DNA from: Promethearchaeati archaeon SRVP18_Atabeyarchaeia-1
Lineage (GTDB): Archaea; Asgardarchaeota; Atabeyarchaeia; Atabeyarchaeales; Atabeyarchaeaceae
Assembly (NCBI GenBank): GCA_037308085.1
Contig: CP147779.1
Location: 1,568,001 to 1,632,000 of the forward strand
Direction of reading: 5' to 3'
Length of the DNA: 64,000 bases
Shown here: in pieces, positions 9,639 to 19,444 of the stretch
Numbering within the stretch: the stretch's first letter is position 1
How the letters are laid out: the number at the start of each line of letters is the position of its first letter
The notes under the pieces: model-generated
The model's database searches: none
What the model was told of the DNA's origin: nothing
What the model saw: the letters and a program-made list of their open reading frames with translations, nothing else
Translations under genes and position numbers: made by a program

Positions 9639-10363
9639 TGTCTCCCTGCGCCTCGCTCCCTCGCTGCCTTCTTGATGCGTTCGATTAGACTTAGCTCCTC
9701 GCTTGTCGTCTGGTACTTCCACGGTTCCTTGACCCTTACGGTTATCTTGGTACATATCGCTGGCTTGGGGTAGGCTCCTTCATCATGGAGAAGGTAGCCT
9801 CTGAACTCCACGGGCCTCCTGCTTCTGCACGCTGAGACAGCCTCCCTGACGTATTTAGCATTCATTCCGAGCCAGGGTTCATCCTCTGATATCAGGTTGA
9901 CAGGTTTAATCTGCTCCCTAAACCTCTCAGTTGCCTCTAGCGGCAGATTGTATAGGAATGGTGTTGGGGCCTCAGCCCCGATTATTCTTCGCTTCTCGTC
10001 CACTCCGTTCCCCAAGAGTTTCATAATCGCGTCCGCAGTCAAGTGGCCCGCAGACTCTCTCCAGCATATCACGAGGTATCGTATGTTCGGATTAGCCACA
10101 ACATTCGCAATGATTTTCTCGATCCCAATGTTCTCCGTCTGCACGCTTCCCGCAAGGGTAGCACCGCAGTCTATCGCGGTGCCAATGAGCTCGCTGAGTT
10201 CGACTGGAATATTAGATTCAAGTGTGTCAAGGATCGCCGCTACAGCAACCGGGGAATAATCATCTCCTCTAATGTATCTACCCTCTTCAGGCGGGTACCC
10301 TGGTGGCGGTTTGACCTTGGGGACATCCATACCACTATTCACGTCTACGTTATCACCTCTCAA
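9635..10363 (-). CDS. Soluble MtrA/MtxA-like corrinoid protein
   Basis: QTENIGIEKIIANVVANPNIRY...SAGH; no C-terminal TM anchor; start may be 10330. Confidence 0.88.
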   Translation of the reverse strand: MRGDNVDVNSGMDVPKVKPPPGYPPEEGRYIRGDDYSPVAVAAILDTLESNIPVELSELIGTAIDCGATLAGSVQTENIGIEKIIANVVANPNIRYLVICWRESAGHLTADAIMKLLGNGVDEKRRIIGAEAPTPFLYNLPLEATERFREQIKPVNLISEDEPWLGMNAKYVREAVSACRSRRPVEFRGYLLHDEGAYPKPAICTKITVRVKEPWKYQTTSEELSLIERIKKAARERGAGRQ

Positions 10364-10584
10364 TCTTGAATTTCAGCTCCTTATTTTTGGCGACTTAAAA
10401 ACCTGTGAAACAAAACGGCTGTCGACACTTGAAGAATAAACGCTATCACGACCACGAATGTTGATGGGTCCCAAATGACAGGACTGCAATTCCCAATGCT
10501 GTGGGCAGGTTCTTCATGCCAGAAGCGTAAGTCACTGAAATACCCTTTGCTCTATTGAAAATCTCTTTTCGGCGCGCATGGGCT

Positions 10585-10854
10585 CTATTCTTCTGCTTCA
10601 CTACGGATGGCATCTTCTAGCTTTTGTGCGTTGAACGTGAACTCGGTCATCTTGATGCCTCCGTTAACGACTACAGCCTTGGTTGACGTCAGACCATATT
10701 TCAAGGCTTCGTCGGAGAAAGCTTGCTTAACTTGGAAGTCAACCTGGCCCCTGAATTTCAAGACAACACTCCAGACCTTATCCATGAAGCTCTGCCAAGA
10801 ACACGCGCAGGCCCCAGTGGGAACAAACACTTCGACCCTGACCTTCTTATCCAT
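10585..10854 (-). CDS. Small thioredoxin-fold protein
   Basis: beta-strand then GACACS, AVVVNG; 89 aa. Confidence 0.7.
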   Translation of the reverse strand: MDKKVRVEVFVPTGACACSWQSFMDKVWSVVLKFRGQVDFQVKQAFSDEALKYGLTSTKAVVVNGGIKMTEFTFNAQKLEDAIRSEAEE

Positions 10855-10911
10855 AGTTTACTACCTTCCATATCCATCCTTTGCTGTCTACGGTTCTATC
10901 AATCAGGAGAC

Positions 10912-10935
10912 ACATATTTAAGTTTATAAATATGT
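10912..10935. promoter_or_regulatory. Putative ArsR operator 1
   Basis: ACATATTTA-N6-TAAATATGT perfect arms. Confidence 0.75.
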
Positions 10936-10949
10936 TTGGGTCACAAAAT

Positions 10950-10973
10950 ACATATTCAGATAGATGAATATGT
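10950..10973. promoter_or_regulatory. Putative ArsR operator 2
   Basis: ACATATTCA-N6-TGAATATGT perfect arms. Confidence 0.75.
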
Positions 10974-11048
10974 TCTTGCTTATGGAAATTAATTCAAACT
11001 AGATGCTTTGCATGCAACAAAGTAAGAGAAAAGAGGGATTGAGCTAAT

Positions 11049-11471
11049 TTGAGCGAGGAAGGCAAAGTTGTCGTCTTGGCCTGTAGTGGCATAGGTAAGG
11101 TTCTGGGGTCGATCACTCGCTTGGTCCTCTACCACATAATAGATGAAATGAGGAGGCAGAACACGACCACGACTTGTCTGCCACTGGTTGCGCTCAAGGA
11201 CAAAGAAGCCGTTGCGCTCGTCAGTAACCATCCATGCATAACTATTGACGGCTGCCCTAACAAATGTGCGAAGGTTTCTGCTGAGAACGCTGGTGCGACC
11301 GCGGTAAAGGCTTTCACTGTGGCCGAGTTCATGCGGAAGTTCAAAGACCTGAAGCCTTCAGCCGCTTCAGTGCTGGAGCCCGGACAAGGTGGAAGGGCAC
11401 TCGCGCGCAAGATTGCTGAACAAATAAGTCTGGAAGTCGACGAGCTATCAAACGAGAATGTCCGGTTTTGA
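11049..11471 (+). CDS. DGC-domain (putative Zn-binding) protein
   Basis: ACSG...TCL...IDGCPNKC. Confidence 0.88.
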   Translation: MSEEGKVVVLACSGIGKVLGSITRLVLYHIIDEMRRQNTTTTCLPLVALKDKEAVALVSNHPCITIDGCPNKCAKVSAENAGATAVKAFTVAEFMRKFKDLKPSAASVLEPGQGGRALARKIAEQISLEVDELSNENVRF

Positions 11472-11484
11472 GGAGGTCCCACGG

Positions 11485-11937
11485 TTGAGTGAGCATGGCG
11501 ATTGGATGCGCAATAAGGTTGGCGTGGTAACGTGCAGCGGAGAAGAAATCTCCGAGGGAATGGTCTCTAGAGTAGCTGCGAGAAAAGTCCTTGAAGAGCT
11601 CGAACCTAATGACACTATGACGATATGTATTCCTCTTTACTTGGCGGGAGGCGAGGAGGAGAGAAGCTTTGTAACAAAGTCCCCAACAGTCACAATTGAT
11701 GGTTGTGATAAGCTCTGTGCGAAAAGGAGTGTTGAGAAGGTTGGGGGTCGACCCATAGCGGCGGTTGTGGTTACTGACTTCATGAAGAGAGAACACGTCA
11801 AACTCAAGACAGAGTCGCGAAGGGAACTTGAGCCAAAGGGTGCAGAACTGGCAAACACCATTGCTTCCAAGGTCGCTGCCATTATCGAGGATTACGTGAA
11901 GGCTCAAGGCAGAGTGACTGGAAGAAGGGAGGGGTAG
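11485..11937 (+). CDS. Second DGC-domain protein
   Basis: TCSG...ICI...IDGCDKLC; GAGGAGG SD before TTG 11485. Confidence 0.88.
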   Translation: MSEHGDWMRNKVGVVTCSGEEISEGMVSRVAARKVLEELEPNDTMTICIPLYLAGGEEERSFVTKSPTVTIDGCDKLCAKRSVEKVGGRPIAAVVVTDFMKREHVKLKTESRRELEPKGAELANTIASKVAAIIEDYVKAQGRVTGRREG

Positions 11938-11941
11938 GAAC

Positions 11942-12397
11942 ATGGAGTTTCTTGAATTTACTATTGACAAATTCATCTTCAGAGTGGTCAAAGGCAACAA
12001 GTACTCTCAAGATGATGTCTGGCTTGCTAGTGCGGGTGAGAGAAGGTGGAGGATCGGGATAACTGACTTCCTTCAGAAAACGAGTGGCGACGCAGTAATT
12101 GCACAATTGCCAGATTTGGGCAGGACCTTTCAGAGGGGTAGCGAGGTGGCGCAGTTTGAAACTGTTAAGACTATCATCTCAGTTCCTATGCCCGTCACCG
12201 GCAAAGTTGTCGAAAGAAATGACAGGATTCTTGATGAGCCTGGGCTCTTGAACAGCGATCCGTATGGTAAAGGCTGGATAGTCACAGTTGAAGCGAGTAA
12301 CGTAGAGAAAGAGTTCAAGCACTTGCTCTCTGACAGCTCCTATTTTGAGTTAATGAAGAAAAAGGTCAGCGAGGTTCAATCCAAGCCGAGAAAGTAA
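11942..12397 (+). CDS. gcvH: GcvH-like lipoyl carrier protein
   Basis: IGITDF, ETVKT (lipoyl Lys), NSDPYGKGWI. Confidence 0.9.
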   Translation: MEFLEFTIDKFIFRVVKGNKYSQDDVWLASAGERRWRIGITDFLQKTSGDAVIAQLPDLGRTFQRGSEVAQFETVKTIISVPMPVTGKVVERNDRILDEPGLLNSDPYGKGWIVTVEASNVEKEFKHLLSDSSYFELMKKKVSEVQSKPRK

Positions 12398-12472
12398 ACA
12401 TGTCAATATAACATTGTCTCTTGGATCATCGTGTCTATTCCAGAGCCAGATATGTAGGGGTGGTGTTAGTTC

Positions 12473-12898
12473 TTGCCAGTCTACAGAACTAAGGTAACTT
12501 GGTTGGGCGGGAATACTGGTAGCCTTGAGTGTGGGAATGGCACCCGAATGGATTTTAGCGCTCCTCCAAGCCTCCACGGCAAACATGGGGTGATGACTCC
12601 GGAGGATGGTTTCGTGGCTTCGCTGAACATGTGCGTGCACATGATGTTTATTTGGGTCGCAGAGAGGATGAAGATAGAACTTCTGTCTTATGAGTGTGAA
12701 GCGGAGGGGACAGTTCAGGACAGACTTGATAGGACATCCGTCTTTACGAAGCTGATTTTGAGACCAAGAATAGTAGTTAGGATGGCGACAGAAGAGAAGG
12801 TCAAACAGGCGATGCAGCTAGCGAGGAAATTCAGTCTAGTGGCAGAATCAATAAGACCTGAGGTAGTCATTGAGCCCGAGGTAACAATTAAGCGTTAA
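12473..12898 (+). CDS. OsmC/Ohr family protein
   Basis: TPEDGFVASLNMC; position of the second Cys appears to be Ser (KFSLVAES). Confidence 0.85.
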   Translation: MPVYRTKVTWLGGNTGSLECGNGTRMDFSAPPSLHGKHGVMTPEDGFVASLNMCVHMMFIWVAERMKIELLSYECEAEGTVQDRLDRTSVFTKLILRPRIVVRMATEEKVKQAMQLARKFSLVAESIRPEVVIEPEVTIKR

Positions 12899-13103
12899 CA
12901 CTCCTCTCACCGTATTAACCAGAGTCGCACCTGCTATATATGTGAAGGTCATCTATACGAGCCAGTAGAAGCAGGAGTCTTTGGTGTCTTTGCCTTGGTT
13001 ACGCCCGCTATTTGCGCATCATACCCAAATTTCGTTATTGTGGTGGTCAGCGGATGCGTCAAGTACGAACCTAAGAAGTTCTGAAGAAAACCAATATGGC
13101 GTG

Positions 13104-13820
13104 TTACCCTGTTCCTCTTCTTATCATCTCTGCATACTCGTGTGGTAACTCTGAAGCCTCGATGGCGCTCGTCATTCTTTCCACATCATATTGAACTCTC
13201 CTAAAACCTATGCTCAACTCTTCAGCTGGAGTCAAGAGAGCGTAAGTTGCCCTTGGGTCACCATCCTTGGGCTTTCCGAGACTTCCGACGTTTACGACAT
13301 GCTTATCGTCTATCACCTTGTGGTAGGGCAGATGCGTATGTCCACACACGAGGAGATTGCATCCTCCTGCCTGCAGGAGGCGATTGAAGGTCTTCGCTGG
13401 TCTGTCCTCGTATAGGTACTCATTAATCCTTCTGGGGCTACCATGAGTGAGAAGGATCTCGAATGCCTCTTGGCTGAAGCGTAGCTCGCGCGGCAGGGTC
13501 CTCAGGAATTCCTTGTTCTCCCTTGTGACGTGGGTCTTCGTCCAATCTAGGGAGCGGTGACCGAGCAATCTCTGCGTTTCGTCTGTATAAGCGCACCCAC
13601 AGTCGTCTCTCTCAAAGCCGACACCTTCATCATAGTTGCCCATCACACCTGCGATTCCCTTGCTCCTTATGCTGCTTATCACTTCATTTGGAAAGGGGCC
13701 GTATCCAACAAGGTCCCCACAGTGGAGGATCTTGTCAGCGCCTTGCTCTTCAATGTCAAGGAGAACCGACTCAAGGGCGGGAAGGTTGCTGTGAACATCG
13801 GAGAAAATCGCGTACTTCAT
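13104..13820 (-). CDS. Calcineurin-like metallophosphoesterase
   Basis: SDVHSN, GDLVGYG, GNYD, CGC insert, HGSP, GHTH. Confidence 0.92.
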   Translation of the reverse strand: MKYAIFSDVHSNLPALESVLLDIEEQGADKILHCGDLVGYGPFPNEVISSIRSKGIAGVMGNYDEGVGFERDDCGCAYTDETQRLLGHRSLDWTKTHVTRENKEFLRTLPRELRFSQEAFEILLTHGSPRRINEYLYEDRPAKTFNRLLQAGGCNLLVCGHTHLPYHKVIDDKHVVNVGSLGKPKDGDPRATYALLTPAEELSIGFRRVQYDVERMTSAIEASELPHEYAEMIRRGTG

Positions 13821-13844
13821 GGGGGGTGACCATCTCGAGTTTCT

Positions 13845-14234
13845 CTACTTCAGCGATTCCAGTTTCTTCATGGTCTCAACAATCTTTGGGTTTGCAAGGG
13901 AATAGTAAGCCCACTTCCCTTCTTTCCTTCTTTCTAGCAAACCCTCCTTCTCCAACAGCACTAGGTGGTGAGACGCAGTTGGTTGTGTCATGTCCAATGC
14001 AGCCATTATCTCGCAAACGCACATCCTGCGAACCATTAATAACTTCAATATTCTAATTCTGCTGTCGTCACTTAGAGCTTTGAAGAGCCGGCTTTCTCTG
14101 ATGGCTAAATCCTTGTTCGCTACCTTGGCAGCCAACTCCTTCAACTCATTCGCGTATCTGGAAGCATCTTTGCCCTGGCAATAGGGCGAAGCAACCAACC
14201 TAACCAGTCTCCTGTCAGAATGACTCTTCGACAT
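13845..14234 (-). CDS. arsR: ArsR/SmtB metalloregulator
   Basis: FKALSDDSRIRIL...MCVCEI...QPTASHHL; CVC As(III) motif. Confidence 0.92.
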   Translation of the reverse strand: MSKSHSDRRLVRLVASPYCQGKDASRYANELKELAAKVANKDLAIRESRLFKALSDDSRIRILKLLMVRRMCVCEIMAALDMTQPTASHHLVLLEKEGLLERRKEGKWAYYSLANPKIVETMKKLESLK

Positions 14235-14253
14235 GTTCTCATCCACTGCTAGT

Positions 14254-14277
14254 TCATATCTGCGAGACCAAATATGT
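14254..14277. promoter_or_regulatory. Putative ArsR operator 3, upstream of arsR
   Basis: TCATATCTG-N6-CAAATATGT; same CATAT-N12-ATATG spacing. Confidence 0.6.
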
Positions 14278-14487
14278 ATTTTGCCGGAAGGCAACTTCAG
14301 CCGCTTGAGCTATTGAAGCACCTTGACCCCATAAAGATCTGTGAAACGGCCAGCGCCGCGTTCCCCCCTATTTCTGTCGGTGACGGTCTGCCCCTCCTCT
14401 GAGCATTGTTCCAAACCAGTATCTATGTTAATCTCTTGTCGCTTCTGTGCCGATCATAATAAGATATATATGTCACTTCTTGCGGAT

Positions 14488-14511
14488 TCATATTAATAAA
14501 TCTAAATACGT
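14488..14511. promoter_or_regulatory. Putative ArsR operator 4, upstream of acr3
   Basis: TCATATTAA-N6-TAAATACGT. Confidence 0.6.
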
Positions 14512-14531
14512 AAATATGAACCTAGATAGCG

Positions 14532-15620
14532 GTGTGGAACATGCCTGAGAAATCCTTGAAGAAACTTTCGCTGATCGATAGGTTACTTCCGATCTGGATT
14601 TTTCTTGCGATGGCTATCGGCGTGGGAGCAGGGTGGGCATTCCCACAGATTGCGACGATTTTTAACATGCTCCAGATAGGAACGGTTTCGCTTCCCATTG
14701 CGATCGGATTGCTGTGGATGATGTATCCTCCCCTTGCTAAGGTGAAGTATGAGGAGCTCGGGAAGATTAAGGGTGCGAAGAAAATGTTTGGAGTGTCGCT
14801 CTTCCTAAACTGGGTAATTGGACCTTTCCTCATGTTTTCGCTGGCCTGGCTCTTTCTGCCTGATCTGCCTGATTATAGGGTTGGTATCATCATAGTTGGG
14901 TTGGCTAGATGCATTGCGATGGTCTTGATATGGAACCTGCTTGCAGGCGGTGATAGTGAGTATGCCGCTGTCTTGGTTGCTCTCAATTCGATCTTCCAGA
15001 TGGTGTTCTACTCGATCTACGCCTACTTCTTCGTGACCTTGCTCTCCTCTTGGGTAAGCGGGTCTGCGGGCATGGTCGTGAATATCTCGGTTTGGAGTAT
15101 CGCGCAGAGCGTTTTGATCTTTCTCGGTCTTCCTTTCGCCGCCGGAATAATCACTAGGTTCACGTTGATCCACAGAAAGGGGAAGGTATGGTATGAAGAG
15201 AAATTCATTCCGAGGCTGAGCCCCACCGCAATCATCGGCCTCCTCTTCACAATAGTCGTAATGTTCTCCATGAAAGGTGAGTACATATTGAATTTGCCTT
15301 TTGATGTGCTCAGGGTTGCCGTCCCTCTGGCGTTGTATTTTCTGATAATGTTTTTCACTTCTTTTCTCCTGTCTTGGCGCTTGAGGTTCAGTTATCCTGA
15401 AACGGCGACGCTCTCCTTTACCGCTGCGAGCAACAACTTTGAGCTTGCGATAGCTGTAGCTGTCGGGGTGTTCGGGATAAACTCGGGGCAGGCTTTCGCC
15501 GCAGTCATAGGGCCTCTAATCGAAGTTCCGGTGCTTATCGGCCTAGTCTACGTTTCACTCTGGCTAAAGACCAAGATGTTCGCCAAGGCGAGAAGATCTG
15601 GGATGAGTGGCAAGACCTAA
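14532..15620 (+). CDS. acr3: Acr3 arsenite efflux transporter
   Basis: [34 protein letters not shown]. Confidence 0.96.
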   Translation: MWNMPEKSLKKLSLIDRLLPIWIFLAMAIGVGAGWAFPQIATIFNMLQIGTVSLPIAIGLLWMMYPPLAKVKYEELGKIKGAKKMFGVSLFLNWVIGPFLMFSLAWLFLPDLPDYRVGIIIVGLARCIAMVLIWNLLAGGDSEYAAVLVALNSIFQMVFYSIYAYFFVTLLSSWVSGSAGMVVNISVWSIAQSVLIFLGLPFAAGIITRFTLIHRKGKVWYEEKFIPRLSPTAIIGLLFTIVVMFSMKGEYILNLPFDVLRVAVPLALYFLIMFFTSFLLSWRLRFSYPETATLSFTAASNNFELAIAVAVGVFGINSGQAFAAVIGPLIEVPVLIGLVYVSLWLKTKMFAKARRSGMSGKT

Positions 15621-15722
15621 GAGCGATGCTGCAAGCCTGAAAGCCAACGGTAGCTTAGTCTGAATCTGAAGGACGGAACGGGTGGGAGAGGCAAGGACGC
15701 TCAACTTCAGCGAGGACTCCGT

Positions 15723-15760
15723 CGAAAGACTCAAAGACTCGCCGGTGAAAAGCGCGCGCT
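15723..15760 (+). repeat. Truncated copy of the hairpin repeat plus AGCGCGCGCT
   Basis: CGAAAGACTCAAAGACTCGCCGGT. Confidence 0.8.
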
Positions 15761-15901
15761 CCGTTTCTGGAAAACTCTGAATATGTGAGAGTGTCTAACA
15801 AGTTTTCCTCAATGAAGAAAGAAAGAGTGAGTGGCTTTTAGGTTCACACTTCCGTAACCCTAATCCTTTCTGGTAGGTAGCGCGCGCTATGAGGGCTAAA
15901 T

Positions 15902-17095
15902 CTAATCGTGTAGAGTAATAGCGACTGGTATCAAAAGGATGAATGCTGCGCCAGTAAAAAGGAAGGTCATATTGATGCTCATGAACCCCATTAGCACACC
16001 AGCCATCAATGGGCCAAGCGTATAGCCTACGTCTTTGAATGCGGCTATCGCCCCAGTCATGGCCACCTTGTTTTCCCCGAGCGTATCAGACATCCTCGAG
16101 TATAACACTATGAAGATCATGGTATAGCTTACTGTAAAAGCAGTCAAGATTGCCATCGTATAGTATATGCTACTCGCGAAAGGTATTATGCTGCTTGGCA
16201 ACGGTATCAGGATCGCAGTGACGGTTGTGAATACTGTCGCCACTATCAGCGTCCTGCGTACGCCAAATCTGTCCACCGCGTTTCCCATCGGTACTTCGAG
16301 AGCAACGGCAGGCAAGAGAGCCACCGTAAGTAATGTACCGATTGTAGGAATAGGGATTCCTTCACTGTAGAGGAGTACCGATAGGAATGAGTAATAAACG
16401 TTGATCAAAGCATAGAACACGACTGTTAGAAAAATAGTCTTTATGAATCGTCTATTACGCATATACTTGAATAGTGTCGCGGTTTGACGACTCGAATGTG
16501 CTCTCTGAGATCTAGGTATATTCTTCAAGAAGATTGAGATCACAAGGAATGCGGTAAAGCTTGTTAGACTAAGCAAATAGAACGGTAGTGAGAATGAAAT
16601 GATAGTGACGAGGCCTCCTATGATGGGGAATATGGCTGAGGCTAGATCATTCATGTCGGAGAAGAATCCGGTTTCCTTTCCCTTTACCTCCTTTTCGGCA
16701 TAGCTGAAGATGTAAGCCCACGAAGTTAGCCAGAGGAAAGATGATGCAACTCCCCTAGTGACACTTACCAGCAGTAGTGGCAGGAAGGAATTTGCCACAG
16801 TATACAGTAATGCAAGGATGGAGTAAACGAGTAACACCACTTGGAGAACTCGTTTCATATTTATCCTGTTCTCTGCGAGACCGACGGGTATATTGAGGAA
16901 TATTCCCATCATTGTTGTCAGTGAAAGAATAACGCCAGTCATGAACAGATCTCCAGTCACGTTCTGTATATATATCGAGAAAACTGGTGAGGCAATTCCC
17001 CAACCGCCAGTGTAGACAAAAAACGCGACCGAGACTGGCAATATTACCCTTTTGAAATTGGTGATATGCCGTAACTCGCTGAACTCCTTGAACAT
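15902..17095 (-). CDS. MFS transporter
   Basis: About 12 TM segments; GNAVDRFGVRR MFS loop motif. Confidence 0.88.
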   Translation of the reverse strand: MFKEFSELRHITNFKRVILPVSVAFFVYTGGWGIASPVFSIYIQNVTGDLFMTGVILSLTTMMGIFLNIPVGLAENRINMKRVLQVVLLVYSILALLYTVANSFLPLLLVSVTRGVASSFLWLTSWAYIFSYAEKEVKGKETGFFSDMNDLASAIFPIIGGLVTIISFSLPFYLLSLTSFTAFLVISIFLKNIPRSQRAHSSRQTATLFKYMRNRRFIKTIFLTVVFYALINVYYSFLSVLLYSEGIPIPTIGTLLTVALLPAVALEVPMGNAVDRFGVRRTLIVATVFTTVTAILIPLPSSIIPFASSIYYTMAILTAFTVSYTMIFIVLYSRMSDTLGENKVAMTGAIAAFKDVGYTLGPLMAGVLMGFMSINMTFLFTGAAFILLIPVAITLHD

Positions 17096-17334
17096 ATGAA
17101 ACACCGAGACAGCTTGGTAGGTAACGTGTGCACATAAATATTGCTTTTCGAAATTCGCCTCTCTGTATCTAGCCAGCAAAATAACGAGAAGAACCAAGGA
17201 GTCGCATAACTGCTCAGTTCTGCACAATGTCTACTTGAGTGCCTTTTGCTGAGTGCAGATGCCATTGCCTATCCCAAGAACCCCGTATATGAGGCTAGTT
17301 GCGGGAAACTGCGTATGGACAGAGAGCGCACCAG

Positions 17335-17400
17335 CGAAAGACTCCAACACTCAACGGTATTTGAGTCTAGTTCTGCCGGCATCCTCTTTTAGCGCGCGCT
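17335..17400 (+). repeat. Hairpin repeat copy plus AGCGCGCGCT
   Basis: CGAAAGACTCCAACACTCAACGGTATTTGAGTCTAGTTC. Confidence 0.85.
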
Positions 17401-17553
17401 GCGCAGATTGCAGTGAAAGCTGGAATCGACTCAACAAAATGAAGTCTAGTATACTGAATGCAACTTATGGCAACTTGAAGAAACCTCTACCATTTTGCAG
17501 TGTTCAGGATAGCCGCGGGGTCATGCTATGGTGGGCAAAGCCCATGATCTTAT

Positions 17554-18596
17554 CTAGGGTTTCGAACGATTCCCACGCGCGTTAAGAGAGTTCAATTTAT
17601 CTCTGAAGATTTTGAGAGACTCGTGATCTGTGAGCACGTAGACCAGATCTCCTTCCTCAAGCTGAAAGTCGTCTACCATATCAGTCATGCTCTCACCGTT
17701 TCTGTAGACAAGCAGGATAGGGCAGATTCCCATGATGTCTCTGTACTGGATTCCAGAGTTTCTTATTCTGAACTCGGCAACGTGCCTCGACTTCAAGTTG
17801 TCTGTAAGGAAGACACCAGCTACCTCCTTTGAACTGGAAGACAATGCAAGTATTTGCCCCGTAATCTCGGAAAACGGGATTACTATGTCAGCACCCGCAT
17901 CCCTCACACCTTTCACTAACTCTCTGTCGTTGACTATGGAGACAGTTCTAATGCTGTTATTGAGCTTCTTTGCCATCATAACTGTCAGCATGTTGTCACC
18001 GTCGTCTTCTAACGTGGATAGTAGGGTGGATGCTTTCTCAACGTTTGCATCCTTAAGCGCCTCATAAACGTTGGTTATAGGCGCGAACATACCTGGAATG
18101 TTACGGGACCTCAGAAGGTCGAGCTGGCTCTCGTCTCTGGCGATAACGATGTATTCGAGTTTGAGTGACTAATGCTCTCCACCACGTATTTCCCTAAGAA
18201 CATGTAACCAACCACGATTACGTGGTTCTCCATCCTCTTCGCCAGTTTCTGGCTCAGCTCCTCGGTCATAAGCCCCTTCTTAATGGTTGCGGAGACAGTT
18301 ACTTGAAGGAGAGACGCGGCTGAACCCACGGCTATGATGAAGACGAATATGAGTAGAACCTTTTCCGTGCTGACCATAGTAACTATGTTGGGCGCGTAGA
18401 TACCGATGGTCGTGATTGTAGAGATCGAGCCTAGAAGGGCGGTCAGAAAGTCTAGCCCCTGATAGTACATGAATATCAGCGCCCCAATCAAGAACATTGA
18501 GAAGAGTATAGTGAGTTGAATCCAGACGCGCTTAAGGATGTAGTACGGCGCGTAGACTGCGATGTCGAGCGTTCTTCTTAGCCTTTTCGCTTTCAA
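17554..18596 (-). pseudogene. K+ channel/TrkA-RCK domain gene split by a frameshift near 18170
   Basis: Pore-like TITTIG plus NHVIVVGY in one frame; continuation KLEYIVIARDESQLDLL...MFAP in another frame. Confidence 0.8.
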
Positions 18597-18949
18597 ATTC
18601 TCGCGTTTCCCGCTCGTTTCCTAGGGGTAGAATTCACGAATCTTTCAACGTGTTCCTGCGTCCACAATGCCCGTCCACTTTTCTTACGACCTTCAAACCT
18701 GCAGTTGCATTCAGAAACTCCGCGCAGCCGTACAAAGTTTTCCGGATAACCTTGGTCTTACCAATCGCACTTGGCTTCTATTATTCACTTCGATGTACTT
18801 CTTTCATGGATTCCTTTCGTCCATGGTCATGGGCAGCAGTCATCAGCGCTCGCGATCAGCAGTAGAATGGAATGGCACCAAGAGCGATGAGAGGAATTGC
18901 CAGAAAGGTGTAACGCTGGCGCGCGTTACGTGCTGCTTGTTCAGCTTGG

Positions 18950-19348
18950 TCAGGTGAGATTCTTCACTTGGTGTGCAAGGATTCCTCTATATCTCGAAGC
19001 ACATTTACGTTCTTCAGAGGAGGCTCTTCTTGCAGCCCACTCTAGAAGCGGAGTGATTGATTTCCTGAGTTCCGTTCCGTCGGTGGTAAGTGAGTATTCT
19101 ACACGGGGAGGTATCTCCGAAAAGGCTTCTCTCCTGATTATGCCTTCACCTTGAAGTCCTTTCAACGTGTCAGATAGGGTTTTGGGGCTGATGCCACCCA
19201 ACTCTTCCATGAGCCCATTGAACCTGAGCCTCCCATTATTGCCGATAGCGTTGACGACCAGGAGCGCCCACTTCTTGCCTATAACATCTATGACGCCTTC
19301 AAGAGGGCAGAGGCATACATGATCACCATTTTCACACATACTAATCAC
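18950..19348 (-). CDS. HxlR family winged-helix regulator
   Basis: CPLEGVIDVIGKKW...RFN...ISPKTLS...IPPRVEYSLT. Confidence 0.93.
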   Translation of the reverse strand: MISMCENGDHVCLCPLEGVIDVIGKKWALLVVNAIGNNGRLRFNGLMEELGGISPKTLSDTLKGLQGEGIIRREAFSEIPPRVEYSLTTDGTELRKSITPLLEWAARRASSEERKCASRYRGILAHQVKNLT

Positions 19349-19444
19349 TTACTCTGTGCATAGTCACTGTCTTGCTATAAACTTGGTAGTATAAATACTT
19401 CACTTTTGATATTGTTAACCTCATAGAAATGAGGTGAACAAAAA

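Noticed and set aside
8796-10363. hgcAB mercury methylation genes, or a methanogenic Mtr complex
   Set aside because: The domain is MtrA-like, with no HgcA N(V/I)WCA cap helix or TM region; no mtrB-H present.
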